DNA from: an uncultured Candidatus Binatia bacterium
GTDB taxonomy: Bacteria > Desulfobacterota > Binatia > UBA9968 > CAXXLF01
Assembly (NCBI GenBank): GCA_965218425.1
Contig: OZ244621.1
Span: 1,280,001 to 1,344,000 of the forward strand
DNA length: 64,000 bases
Direction: 5' to 3'
This document shows, one piece after another, positions 23,140-33,326 of this stretch (its first letter is position 1; every line of letters starts with the position of its first letter). The notes beneath the pieces are model-generated. The model had not been told where the DNA came from, made no database searches, and was given only the letters and a program-made list of their open reading frames with translations. A program made the position numbers and the translations under genes.

Positions 23140-25002
23140 TTACCATGCGGTTCGGATGTTCCACATCATACCGTCGGGTAAAGTGGGGCGCAGAATGGAA
23201 TTGACTTTTCTGAAATCCACCTCGGCCGTGGCTTTGGGCGGGTCTGGATGGGATAGCTTGAACCGTTTCTCGTTCAAGACATGCAATTTGATGCCGAAGT
23301 CGACGTATTCGAAGGGACCGTGCCTTTCGTCATTGCGAAGCATGATGAATCCCTGCTGCATATTTTCGCTGAATTCAGTTAGGTACTCGGTAATTTCATC
23401 CTCCTGTCCCTCTTCGGGGTTAACCTGATCCTCCGGGATGGTAAGCATTTCATGGGCGTCGGGGTTGTTGACTTCAAGGATCGAGTAGAAAGGTAAAATG
23501 GTCTTGAAGCCGGCCAATCGCATGGTGTTGGAATGGACTGCCCAATCGCCGTAGTGTTTCGGCGGGGTACGGCCGGCTTCATCCGGTACGCCGAAATGTA
23601 CCCCTGGTGCGTCGAGGGCAGCGAACCCATCATCGGCAAGCCTTTTCTTGACGAAATGGTAGAACTCGCGGCTATAAAGCTTGGAGAGGTTGTAGTCCTT
23701 GACATCGGGAAAATCCATGTAGATGGCGTCGAAGGTCTCGTTCCCGTGATTGCGTAGGTATTGAAATGCATCGCCAAAGACCGTGTGTACGCGAGGATTG
23801 AGGAGGGAATGCTTATTCAAGGCGGTGAGGACGGGATGGCTCTTTGCCAGCCCCACCAGGTAGTGATCGATGTCCACGTGTACGATACTTTTGACTCCTT
23901 GGTATTTGAGAAGTTCACGATGAATCAGGCCGTCACCGCCTCCCAGGACCAGGACCCGTTTGGGTACTTTGCCGTTGATGATGATGGGAACATGTGCGAA
24001 CCACTCGTGATAGAGTTCCTCGTAATTGGATGCAAACTGAAAATCTCCGTTGAGAAAGAGATAGCGATTTTCCGGCGTGAAATCCCCTTCGTTGAACTTC
24101 GTCGAGTAGGATTTAATGACATCACCGGTGAGGTCGGGGGTATGGACGATATCGATTTTTTGGTAGGGTGAGCTCTCACGAAATACGGGTGGAATGTCCT
24201 GCATCGGATCGAACAAGTTACCTAAGCTCAACGTCAATGCAGGGGCAAAATAGTATTTTTTCAGGAAAAACTGTTCAATCTGCGGACCGGAGAAATAGGC
24301 GAAGGCGAGCACCGCGCCGAAGGCAGCGCTGCCCAGTGTCTTCAAGGCTGTTCCCGGCGCTGGGGCGAGAAATCGGCGTAAGATAAAGATCGCCACCAGT
24401 AGGTTGAGGCCGGCGATCATGAATCCAATGGTGTGCAACGCGAAGAACGGAACCATATAGAGTGGAAATAAAACACCCCCCGCCAGGGAACCGATATAAT
24501 CCCAACCGAGCACCCGGTTTGTCACATTCCCTCCTGCCGCAACTTCATTGCCGAGGTTGATGAGAAGTGGCAGCTCCATTCCCGTGAGGATACCAATCAG
24601 AAAAGTGAGCATGAAGGAAAAGCCAAAGAAGACAAAGGTGCCCAGAGCCTCGGCGGCCGGCGAGGTCTCAAGGTAGAGGTACAGAGAGTGGGCAAAATTC
24701 AGTAATAATACCGAAGAAGCACCGATCAGGCTGAGCATTATTTCGACCCGATAGAGGCGGTTCCAGTCCCGAGCCTTGGATGGTGACCCGTAAAGGATCG
24801 CACCCACTCCCATGGCCGCGAGATAAATGCCCACCGTGAGGCTATACCAGATCACCATATTTCCAGCGATCAGGGATAAGGTCTGCGCAATGAGCAGTTC
24901 ATACAACAAACTGCATGCAGAAAGAACCAGTGACAGGAGGTAAATGACCGCCACGGGTGCGGTCAACGGCGTGGGGATGGAATGAGTCTCATCCGTTTTC
25001 AT
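23140..25002 (-). CDS. Membrane-anchored polyamine aminopropyltransferase (spermidine synthase-like)
   Basis: Multiple TM helices, SPYQKI, LFLNGDFQF, VLVLGGGDG, GDAF, MDFPD, KLYS. Confidence 0.85.
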   Translation of the reverse strand: MKTDETHSIPTPLTAPVAVIYLLSLVLSACSLLYELLIAQTLSLIAGNMVIWYSLTVGIYLAAMGVGAILYGSPSKARDWNRLYRVEIMLSLIGASSVLLLNFAHSLYLYLETSPAAEALGTFVFFGFSFMLTFLIGILTGMELPLLINLGNEVAAGGNVTNRVLGWDYIGSLAGGVLFPLYMVPFFALHTIGFMIAGLNLLVAIFILRRFLAPAPGTALKTLGSAAFGAVLAFAYFSGPQIEQFFLKKYYFAPALTLSLGNLFDPMQDIPPVFRESSPYQKIDIVHTPDLTGDVIKSYSTKFNEGDFTPENRYLFLNGDFQFASNYEELYHEWFAHVPIIINGKVPKRVLVLGGGDGLIHRELLKYQGVKSIVHVDIDHYLVGLAKSHPVLTALNKHSLLNPRVHTVFGDAFQYLRNHGNETFDAIYMDFPDVKDYNLSKLYSREFYHFVKKRLADDGFAALDAPGVHFGVPDEAGRTPPKHYGDWAVHSNTMRLAGFKTILPFYSILEVNNPDAHEMLTIPEDQVNPEEGQEDEITEYLTEFSENMQQGFIMLRNDERHGPFEYVDFGIKLHVLNEKRFKLSHPDPPKATAEVDFRKVNSILRPTLPDGMMWNIRTAW

Positions 25003-25184
25003 GGAGCAGTTTTTTCACGTCGATTTTTTTAAGTGCCTCATTCCAAGGGGATTTTAGCTCCGGACAGCAATCACTTTAATCTGAGGCGGGAAACGAGCCT
25101 TGCGCTAGGCATATAAATTGTAGGTCAATTTGTGTGTTTTCACCTGGCTGTGCAAGAAAGAAGTGGCGCTATAAGCTTCGCGGG

Positions 25185-25661
25185 TTAAAAGAGAACGGAA
25201 TTAGGCCAGGGTACATGCAGGGCGCGCTCAAATACACCGTATATGAATGCCCATGCAACAATTGTTAGACAGATTGATGTAATCCAGTGCGACCCATAGA
25301 ATTTTGAGTATGCAAAAACCCATAGCGGTACGGCAATGGGAAAACCCACCAGCCAGATGGCGGCATATAAACCGATGAGCCAGGTCCAGATCTCCAGGGC
25401 GCCCCAGCGGGTGTCACTGGCCTCGGGCATGGGGGCATCAAAAGACAGACCCTCGGCCTTGGCGGGTTGATGAAAAATGGCCCTGAGGTCCATACCCAAT
25501 TGGAATAAAGCCAAAACCAAACCTATTCCACCCAATAACAATATGAGGATTGAGGCTCGAAGTGGCCAGTCCAGTGACGATTGCAGGGCAAATATTAAAA
25601 TGCAGGCAATGAAGAGGGTAAAAAGGACTCCCTCGAGTTTAAATTTTGACTCTTGTTCCAT
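25185..25661 (-). CDS. Tripartite tricarboxylate transporter TctB-like small membrane subunit
   Basis: About 4-5 TM helices, C-terminal FERALHVPWP; directly follows tctA. Confidence 0.75.
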   Translation of the reverse strand: MEQESKFKLEGVLFTLFIACILIFALQSSLDWPLRASILILLLGGIGLVLALFQLGMDLRAIFHQPAKAEGLSFDAPMPEASDTRWGALEIWTWLIGLYAAIWLVGFPIAVPLWVFAYSKFYGSHWITSICLTIVAWAFIYGVFERALHVPWPNSVLF

Positions 25662-25668
25662 AGTTGCC

Positions 25669-27165
25669 TCAAGCTGGCTTAACAACGACGGCTGCTTTTT
25701 GCCTCCTTTCCCTACGTTCTTTGATGTAGGGAAGGAGAAATGAAGCGAAGACTAGACCGAAAAGGATAATGACCGCTGGGCGCAATAGCCACTCTAAACC
25801 AAAACGGGCGTAGGATAGCCAGAGGTACTTCTCCATCTTGTTCCCCAACACTACGCCCAGAAGCAATGGAGGCCGGGGCCATCCATGCCTCCTCATCATG
25901 AATCCAAGCAACGAAAAGATAAACAAGGTCACAAGGTCATAGGCGCTAAAATTAGCCGCAAAAGCTCCCACGAAGACGAATACGGAAACCAGGGGAACGA
26001 TGGTGTTAAAGGGTAAAAAACAGGCTTTGGCCAAGGGCTTGGTAAGGATCATGCACACGGCCACCGCAAGAACGTTTGACAGGACCAAGGTCCAAATGAC
26101 GGCAAAGGTAAGATTCAGTTGAGTGGTGAGCATCGCAGGTCCCGGTTTTATTCCCACTGTGATGAATGCAATCAGGATCAGGGCCGTGGAGGTTCCGCCC
26201 GGAATGCCAAAGGCGAGGGTGGGGATATAGCTTCCTGCTTCCTTGGCATTATTCGACGATTCAGGCGCAATGACCCCTCGGATATCGCCCTTACCAAAAT
26301 TCTCCGTGTTTTTCTCTGTCTGAGCGGCATTAGCATAGGCAAACCAGTCGGCTACGGAACTTCCCAGGCCGGGGAGGAACCCTACCCACGCGCCTATAAT
26401 CGCGGACCTGATCACGAGCCACCAATTGCTCAAAGTATCCCGAATACCCTGCATAAAACCTTGGCCTAACTCCCGATCCTGAGCGATGCTAGTCTTCTGG
26501 GTCGCTAGGGCGATCACTTCAGGAACGCCAAACATGCCAAGGGCCACGATAATTAGGCTGACTCCGGTCCATAAATAAGCTGAATCAAAGGCGAAACGCT
26601 CGACTCCCGATTTCGGATCTGACCCTACTGTAGCGATGAGTACTCCCAAAACAGCGGCAGTCAAACCCTTGATGGGAGCGTTCCCGCTTAAGACGGCCAC
26701 CATTGTGAGGCCCCAAAGCGTCAGCACAAAGAATTCAGGAGAGCCAAAGGCGAGGACCAGGGGACGTAGGATTGGCAGAGAGGCAATGAGAATCAGGGGC
26801 CCAATAAATCCACCTAAAAGGGAAGACATGAATGCTGCGCTCAGGGCCCTGGCTGCCTGACCCTGTTTGGCTAAAGGATAGCCGTCAAGGATCGTAGCCT
26901 GGGAACCGGCCCCTCCGGGAACGGAGATCAAGACAGAAGTAAAACTGTTGGCCGTGTTGCCTACGGCGTCCATTCCTACAAGGATCGCGATGACCAGCAT
27001 GGGATCCTTCATGGTCATGACGAAGGGCAGCATGATAGCCAAGGTCGTAGGTCCACCTACGCCTGGCAAAAACCCAACCACACTACCAATCAATACTCCA
27101 AGGGCCATAAAGGCGAGGGATTTTAGAGTAAGAATGCCTAAGAGACCGTCAATCGCTGCTTCCAT
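25669..27165 (-). CDS. tctA: Tripartite tricarboxylate transporter TctA-family permease
   Basis: GFLPGVG, DGYPLAKQG, GVIAPESSNNA, PTLAFGIPG. Confidence 0.92.
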   Translation of the reverse strand: MEAAIDGLLGILTLKSLAFMALGVLIGSVVGFLPGVGGPTTLAIMLPFVMTMKDPMLVIAILVGMDAVGNTANSFTSVLISVPGGAGSQATILDGYPLAKQGQAARALSAAFMSSLLGGFIGPLILIASLPILRPLVLAFGSPEFFVLTLWGLTMVAVLSGNAPIKGLTAAVLGVLIATVGSDPKSGVERFAFDSAYLWTGVSLIIVALGMFGVPEVIALATQKTSIAQDRELGQGFMQGIRDTLSNWWLVIRSAIIGAWVGFLPGLGSSVADWFAYANAAQTEKNTENFGKGDIRGVIAPESSNNAKEAGSYIPTLAFGIPGGTSTALILIAFITVGIKPGPAMLTTQLNLTFAVIWTLVLSNVLAVAVCMILTKPLAKACFLPFNTIVPLVSVFVFVGAFAANFSAYDLVTLFIFSLLGFMMRRHGWPRPPLLLGVVLGNKMEKYLWLSYARFGLEWLLRPAVIILFGLVFASFLLPYIKERRERRQKAAVVVKPA

Positions 27166-27520
27166 ACCTACCTCTGAGCTGCGTCACCTGTCAGACCACT
27201 CAATAGGCTAGATCTGTTCGTCCCGACCAGTGGGTGGCCCGTTCTCATCCCTGATAGTGCCGAATATTTGTTACTTTTTTGGGAAATTCAGTAGATGGAT
27301 GTGCCATAGCCGCAGTAACCATCCCGATGGCGGTTAAAAAAAGATGCGCATGAGAATATTGTCACTAAGAATAATTCCTGTAGCAACGGCCCATCTGAAG
27401 TCTTCATGAAAGTGTCTCAGGAGCGGGAGTAAGACCATTGACCCTAGGCAACCCCGTTCCAGCAAAACGCACATTAAACATGACTTAATTGCTGGCGTCA
27501 AGGGCGGAAAGGGGAATCGT

Positions 27521-28567
27521 TCAGGCTAGACGGACCCAGGCCTTTTGCAGGGGAACTGCGTAGCCGATGTTGGTGGCATGCTCGACCCCATTGGAAAGTA
27601 AGTCGTCTACAAGCTTGGCCGCATGTCTTTGGGGCAGAGCAATCAAGAGGCCTCCCGAAGTTTGGGGGTCGTAGGCCGCCTCAACTAGACCTGCATTGAT
27701 TTTTGGACCAATGGTGACTTTGTCTTTCAGGTAATCCCGGTTTCTCTTACTTCCGCCGGTGAGATAACCTTTCTCGGCGAGTCTCTCGCTGTGATGAAGC
27801 ATCGGCAACTTTTCTGATTCCACCACCAGGGTAACGCCGCTTCCGGTGGCCATCTCCAGCGCATGGCCCAACAGTCCGTATCCTGTAACGTCAGAGCAGG
27901 CGTGGACGCGATGCTTCCGGATCACGGTGGAGGCGTTCTTGTTGAGGGTGGTCATGGATGTGACGGCTGCATCGACGCTTTCCTTAGAGGCTTTCCCTTT
28001 TTTCAGCGCGGTAGAGATAATCCCCGTTCCCAGAGCTTTGGTCAGGATGAGGGCGTCCCCCTCTTGCACTCCAACGTTTCGTAGAACGCGGTCCGGATGG
28101 ATCACACCGGTGACGGCCATGCCGTATTTGATTTCATCGTCGATAATGCTGTGGCCCCCAATGATAACCGCCCCGGCCTCATGGACCTTCTCTGCCCCTC
28201 CCTTGAGGATTTTTCCCAGCACCTGGATGTCCATTTTGTCTTTGGGAAAACACACGATATTCATGGCAGTGGCGGGTTCACCACCCATGGCGTAAACGTC
28301 GCTCAAGGAGTTGGTAGCCGCCACTTGCCCAAAGAGATAGGGGTCGTCCACGATAGGTGTGAAAAAGTCGACGGTGTTAACGATGGCCAGGTCGGAACGT
28401 AGCCGAAAAACCCCCGCATCGTCGGAGGTCTCCGTACCGACGATAACACCGGGATGTTCAGTCTTGGGTAGGCTGTGCAAAACTTGCACAAGGTCGGCGG
28501 GGCCGAGCTTGGCAGCTCAACCAGAGGCCTTGACGTGATGGGTCAGCCGAATTGCTTTTTGGCTCAT
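27521..28567 (-). CDS. selD: Selenide, water dikinase (selenophosphate synthetase); selenoprotein with Sec17 (UGA at 28519-28517)
   Basis: MSQKAIRLTHHVKASG-U-AAKLGPADL is in frame with ORF 27521..28489 (DDAG, TVDFFTP, SDVYAMGG, DVTGYGL, DPQTSGGL); GGAG RBS. Confidence 0.95.
28474..28490 (-). promoter_or_regulatory. Candidate SECIS hairpin of selD
   Basis: TGTGCAA-GTT-TTGCACA; the loop starts with G, 33 nt after the UGA. Confidence 0.6.
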
Positions 28568-28625
28568 GTTGCTCCTGCTCCCAGGGGGTTTATTGTGATC
28601 GGGTTATACCTGCAGGCTTTCGTGT

Positions 28626-30539
28626 TTACGCAGGTGGTGGCGATTTAAGCCTTCTTGTGTCTCCAATCCTGAGGGTGATCCCTTCGCGGTCAAAATGTTC
28701 AAGAAGGGCAATGGTAAACTTGCGACTGGAGCTTAGAAGGTCGCGAAACGTAGCCGCGTTGATCTCCTTATGCTCCGAGAGGTACTTATATAAGACTGCT
28801 TTTACCCTGTCAACGGATTCCGCAAGAAAGTAGAGGTCTGTGGTGATTCGCACAACACTCCCTTCCCGTTCCATTACCCGAATTACTTCCATGAGCTTTC
28901 CCCGTCCAATTCCGATCTCCTTTTCTATTTCTTTCAAGTCCGGCGGGGCGAGGGGACTTCGACGGAGAACTCCCCTGATTTTCTCCGTAATGGATCGCTC
29001 TTCATCCTGCAGCTGGATCTTGTGTTCCGGCAAGCGCAGAAAGTTGCCCTCTCGCGCCAATGCCTTTAGGCCAGCAAACTGGTCCAAGAGATTGCGAAAC
29101 AGTCTGGGCGGTATCTCGTAGGGGAGCTTGGCCCGTAGCTCCTCCATGTCCATGCCAGGGGCTAAAGGATGAGAGCCATGGAAAATCTTTAAAGTCGCCA
29201 GGATCTTGTCCCTGAGTGTGTGCCACTTTTTGTCTGTTGTGTAGACCTTCTCACCCTCGGAGGTATAACTCAAAACACCTTTCGTCTGATTGAGCCATTC
29301 AAGGGTTCTCTCTTCCATGAAATTGAGAAACTGACAGGTGGTCGCAAAAGGGGTGGCGAAATCGGTGCTTTCGTTCAGAAAAGTTTCTATCAATTCTAGA
29401 CTGCTCTCGTTGGCAAGAGACTCCAGCCTTTGTTGAAGATCCTTCTCGCCCCGTTTGTGCCTCTTCGCCCAGGGGTGAATCACCCTCCCGCCTCCCAAGG
29501 TGCGTTGGGCGGTTTCGTCCCGGATGATGAATCGGTCCCCACGCATCACCAAGAGGGGGGAAGATAGCGCCACCTGACAACAGGCCGTTTCCTTGGGCTC
29601 GACCTTTTCCATGGGTCCCAGGATTACGAGTTTGCCCAGCCGCTCTGCGGTTCCCAAATGGACCCTCACCCGCTGATGATTTTTAATTCCTTTTGTGGCA
29701 GCGGGCCGTACCTCAAGATGGGCATCGAATAGATCTGAAGTGCGGGTGAGTTTCTCGTGACAGATGACGTGGCCGCGCTCGATGGAGGACCTTTCAGGCC
29801 CGGTGAGATTGAGGGCGACCCGCTGCCCCCAACCGGCCGAATCAACTGACTGATTGTGGACCTGCAAACTACGCACGCGAAAGGTCTGGTCCCCTGGCAA
29901 ACAGTGAACCTTGTCCCCAACATTAATGGCGCCACTCAGCGCGGTGCCCGTGACAATTACGCCGTGGCCTGTAAGGGCAAACACCCGGTCTACGGGGAGA
30001 CGGAAATAGCTGCTGGGAGGTCTTTGGTCTGCGTTTTGCAGCATCTGCACGATCTGGCTGCTGAGTTCCGTCAAGCCCTGCCCAGTCACTGCGGAAAAAG
30101 TGAGGATAGGTGAGTCTTCCAAGGTGGTGCCGACGGTGAGGATACGGATTTCCTCCTCAACGTCTGGAATCCTTGTCGCCGGGACGAGGTCCGTCTTGGT
30201 GATGAGGAAAATGACCAGCTTGACACCAAGTAGGTGCACGATGTCGAGGTGTTCCTCGGTCTGGGGCATTACCCCGTCGTCGGCAGCCACCGTAAACAAA
30301 ACGAGGTCCATACCATGGGCGCCGGCGAGCATATTGCGGATGAACCGCTCGTGACCGGGTACGTCGACGATACCAGCCTGGCTACCGTCCGGTAAGTCCA
30401 TATGGGCAAAGCCGAGGTCAATGGAGATTCCTCGCTCTTTTTCTTCTTTGAGACGATCGGTGTCATGGCCTGTCAAGGCCTTGATGAGGCTGGTTTTGCC
30501 GTGGTCGATGTGACCGGCCGTTCCGATGATGTATGGCAT
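28626..30539 (-). CDS. selB: Selenocysteine-specific elongation factor
   Basis: [36 protein letters not shown]-terminal winged helix [13 protein letters not shown]. Confidence 0.97.
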   Translation of the reverse strand: MPYIIGTAGHIDHGKTSLIKALTGHDTDRLKEEKERGISIDLGFAHMDLPDGSQAGIVDVPGHERFIRNMLAGAHGMDLVLFTVAADDGVMPQTEEHLDIVHLLGVKLVIFLITKTDLVPATRIPDVEEEIRILTVGTTLEDSPILTFSAVTGQGLTELSSQIVQMLQNADQRPPSSYFRLPVDRVFALTGHGVIVTGTALSGAINVGDKVHCLPGDQTFRVRSLQVHNQSVDSAGWGQRVALNLTGPERSSIERGHVICHEKLTRTSDLFDAHLEVRPAATKGIKNHQRVRVHLGTAERLGKLVILGPMEKVEPKETACCQVALSSPLLVMRGDRFIIRDETAQRTLGGGRVIHPWAKRHKRGEKDLQQRLESLANESSLELIETFLNESTDFATPFATTCQFLNFMEERTLEWLNQTKGVLSYTSEGEKVYTTDKKWHTLRDKILATLKIFHGSHPLAPGMDMEELRAKLPYEIPPRLFRNLLDQFAGLKALAREGNFLRLPEHKIQLQDEERSITEKIRGVLRRSPLAPPDLKEIEKEIGIGRGKLMEVIRVMEREGSVVRITTDLYFLAESVDRVKAVLYKYLSEHKEINAATFRDLLSSSRKFTIALLEHFDREGITLRIGDTRRLKSPPPA

Positions 30540-31174
30540 GATACTCGGGCCTAGTCGGGCAGCAAGATCCTAACAGAAAATCCCATGGAATGCAGCTCGC
30601 CTCGATGCCTTTTGGGGCATTGAACTCCCGAGTCACAGAGGCTTCATTCTCCTCGTGGCAGGGTCTGCCGCGCAGAAATTGGCGCTGATAATTTGACAAG
30701 AATTCTCATAATGTTGTGAGGTTGGCAATAATTTGCGAATAAATCCCTTCGTCAATGGTCGATCTAAAATCCTTTTACCGTGTTTTCCCTTGTCTTCTTA
30801 GGTGGCTACGTGTCCATGATGGAATTCTGTCTCTGACATGGGACTGGCAAAATTCCCAGGCAGGCTTTTTCCGCGAAAGTTCGATGGTTGCACCTGTTAT
30901 GTCCCAGGAGTGGCTCGTCAGTGGATGCGGAAAGCATATCAATGGTCGTCAAAACGGGAGGAATGCAATGAACGAGGCCACCGATGAGGAGTCCGAGGAG
31001 GGTCACTAACCCAAACCAGTGGGAAGGCGGGCTTACTTGCGACGCTTGTTTATTGTGCCAATTAGATGCCAGGTGAAGAGAAATTGCGAAACCTGGGCAA
31101 AATGCCGCGGCACCCCACGTTCAGGACCGGCTGCGTTTAGGCAGTCGGCCCCGACACGGTTCACTTCCGGCCAG

Positions 31175-31500
31175 CTAACGCCCCCGTGAAATTTTCGGCG
31201 TGACAGCCGTCCGAGAAAGGGTAGCGGCGATTTCCGGCAGGACCCTAGTTATAACCTGCTTGTATATGAGAATCTCCACCCGTCTATTCTTCACCCGGCC
31301 CTGACGGGTGGTATTGTCCACAGCTGGATTTCTATCTCTACCCGAGACCATAAATAACGCGCATTGGATGGATCGCCTTTTTAACAATCAGGTAGCGCCC
31401 GACACTGTTTGCCCGCTTTCGCCCCAACTCGTAGTTCCGGTCACTAGAGCCCCATGCTGTCCGTGTGTCCGGCAACAAAAATAATGGCCACGGACAGGCT
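31175..31500 (-). pseudogene. OmpA/MotB-like peptidoglycan-binding domain remnant
   Basis: AGHTDSMG, RNYELGRKRANSV and DNTTRQGRVKNRRVEI spread over shifted frames. Confidence 0.7.
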
Positions 31501-31893
31501 GCCGCTTTTTAGGCATACCCCCCTTTCTTCAAGCGAACTTGCCCTTACTCGTGAGACCTCTCTAATGAAGGTGGATGCTCCGTAAGAAAGCGGCTGGAAG
31601 CAATTAAATACCATCTGCAGGAAAATATCGTATGATCCTGCGATAGTTGTAACTATGAAGAGCATGGGAAAGGAGTGTGCAGATTCGCATCGTTTTCAAA
31701 AAAGGTGCCGAGATATCAAAATTTCTAAGGAGGCCGCGTGGTAGGGACACTCTCATCCTCAACAAGTCGCAACTTTGCAGGCCGGGCCCGGTCGTAAGGA
31801 TGAGCCAAAAGCAAACCCGGTGCGCTTACTTTCACAACACCCCTGACTTGTGGGGACCACCAAAAGACGCTAAGTTGTTGGATTTACAGTCGT

Positions 31894-31988
31894 GGAGAAG
31901 GAAGGTGCCCGGTGGTGCCGCTGGTCTTCAAAACCAGTCTGGGGGTCGTAAGGCTCCCGGAGGGTTCGACTCCCTCCCTTCTCCGCCA
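31894..31988 (+). tRNA. selC: tRNA-Sec (anticodon UCA)
   Basis: 8-bp acceptor stem GGAGAAGG/CCTTCTCC; anticodon arm GCTGGT-CTTCAAA-ACCAGT; long variable arm; TTCGACT T-loop; G-CCA end. Confidence 0.96.
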
Positions 31989-32009
31989 AGACTGATTTTT
32001 TAAGAATTT

Positions 32010-32075
32010 AACCGCAGATTTAGGCAGATGGACGCAGACCGGCAATCGCTAAGCGCTGGGCGCAAAGCATAAAGA
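32010..32075 (+). repeat. Degenerate decamer array followed by a heptamer array
   Basis: AACCGCAGAT TTAGGCAGAT GGACGCAGAC, then GCTAAGC GCTGGGC GCAAAGC. Confidence 0.55.
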
Positions 32076-32300
32076 GTACCGCAAGGCAGTATGTAGCTAG
32101 CAGAAAACAAAGGATTCGCCAAAAAAAGAGGGGTGCTCAACCGCCCAAGTGGAGGCTTTAGTAAATTCTCTTGGCCATGTAACAGGGTTTTGGGGCAAGA
32201 CATGAACCACCATTGCGATCTAATGGCGGGGATCAATTTGTGGCAACGGAGGTGTAGATTAACGGCCTCTTTACAGCGGGCTAGCTAAAGTGGAGCGTGA

Positions 32301-33311
32301 TTAACCCTGGCTTTTCCAGGCACGAATGAACTGCTCGGCGTCTTTCACAACAGGTTCGGTGACCGGCACATAGGGGATCACCAACCGGGTAGCGCCCGCC
32401 TCGCTAAACGGGGCCAGCTTTTCTTTTATCTCAGAAATGGAAGTTCCAGGAACCACTGGAAGCTTATCCATATAGGAATCGGTCAGGGCCGCCATGGCGG
32501 CTTTGAAGCCCCCCCTCTGAAACTCCTCCTGAATGGCATTGACCTCCGGTTCAAACCCCAACCCCTTTAGCATGTCGTTATAGTGGTCGGCTAAATTATA
32601 AAACGTTAACACCTGACGTAGGCGCGAGCGTGCTATTGAACGATCCGCGTTCAGCGAAACACGGCACTTCGCGATAATTTCAATCTCTCCCGGATCACGA
32701 CCGGCCTCCTGTGCGGAATTTCGCACTCGTTCAGCGATTTCCCGGATCTTCGCCGGGGTCGCCATGTTTATGAACACCCCGTCCGCTATCTTACCCACAA
32801 GCCGGGTCATCTGCGGACCCAGGCCCGCCATGTAAATGGGAAATTTCGGATAGCCCGGTTTCCAGGACAGCTGGAAGCGTTTGCCAGTCTGATAAATCTC
32901 CCCATCGTACTCCACCCGTTCACCTGCGGCGGTCTTGCGGACAACCTCCAAGTACTCACGGGCCCGCCTGAGGGGACGGTCAAACACACCTCCATGCCAG
33001 GCCGCGATGGCCTTATTCGCCACTCCTAGGCCAAGCAGAAAACGTCCTCCTGAAAGGTCTTGAAGCGTAGCCGACTGAATTCCCAACGTAACAGGACTGC
33101 GACCATAAATGTGGTAGATTGCTGTTCCGAGCTTGACGCTCCTGGTACGGCTTGCGACTGCAGAAAGCAACACGATGGGGTCAGTACTATTTGACTCCCC
33201 CTTCCAGAATGCCCCAAAGCCCGCATCTTCTGCCATCTCCACCAACCCCACCACTCCATCGGCTGGATAATGGGCTGCTGAATTCAGCTCGATATCATAG
33301 ATCATTCTCAT
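32301..33311 (-). CDS. LLM-class (luciferase-like) flavin/F420-dependent oxidoreductase
   Basis: AEDAGF, VKLGTAI, GRFLLGLG, IYMAGLGPQM, ADG. Confidence 0.9.
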   Translation of the reverse strand: MRMIYDIELNSAAHYPADGVVGLVEMAEDAGFGAFWKGESNSTDPIVLLSAVASRTRSVKLGTAIYHIYGRSPVTLGIQSATLQDLSGGRFLLGLGVANKAIAAWHGGVFDRPLRRAREYLEVVRKTAAGERVEYDGEIYQTGKRFQLSWKPGYPKFPIYMAGLGPQMTRLVGKIADGVFINMATPAKIREIAERVRNSAQEAGRDPGEIEIIAKCRVSLNADRSIARSRLRQVLTFYNLADHYNDMLKGLGFEPEVNAIQEEFQRGGFKAAMAALTDSYMDKLPVVPGTSISEIKEKLAPFSEAGATRLVIPYVPVTEPVVKDAEQFIRAWKSQG

Positions 33312-33326
33312 TCTCCTTTTGCTTAA

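Noticed and set aside
25185..27165. tctA-tctB without tctC as a novel system
   Set aside because: TctC genes are often encoded elsewhere in the genome.
30985..31180. Short frame with CDACLLC followed by TGA, as a possible selenoprotein or ferredoxin
   Set aside because: No family resemblance, the UGA is not in a redox motif, and there is no convincing SECIS.
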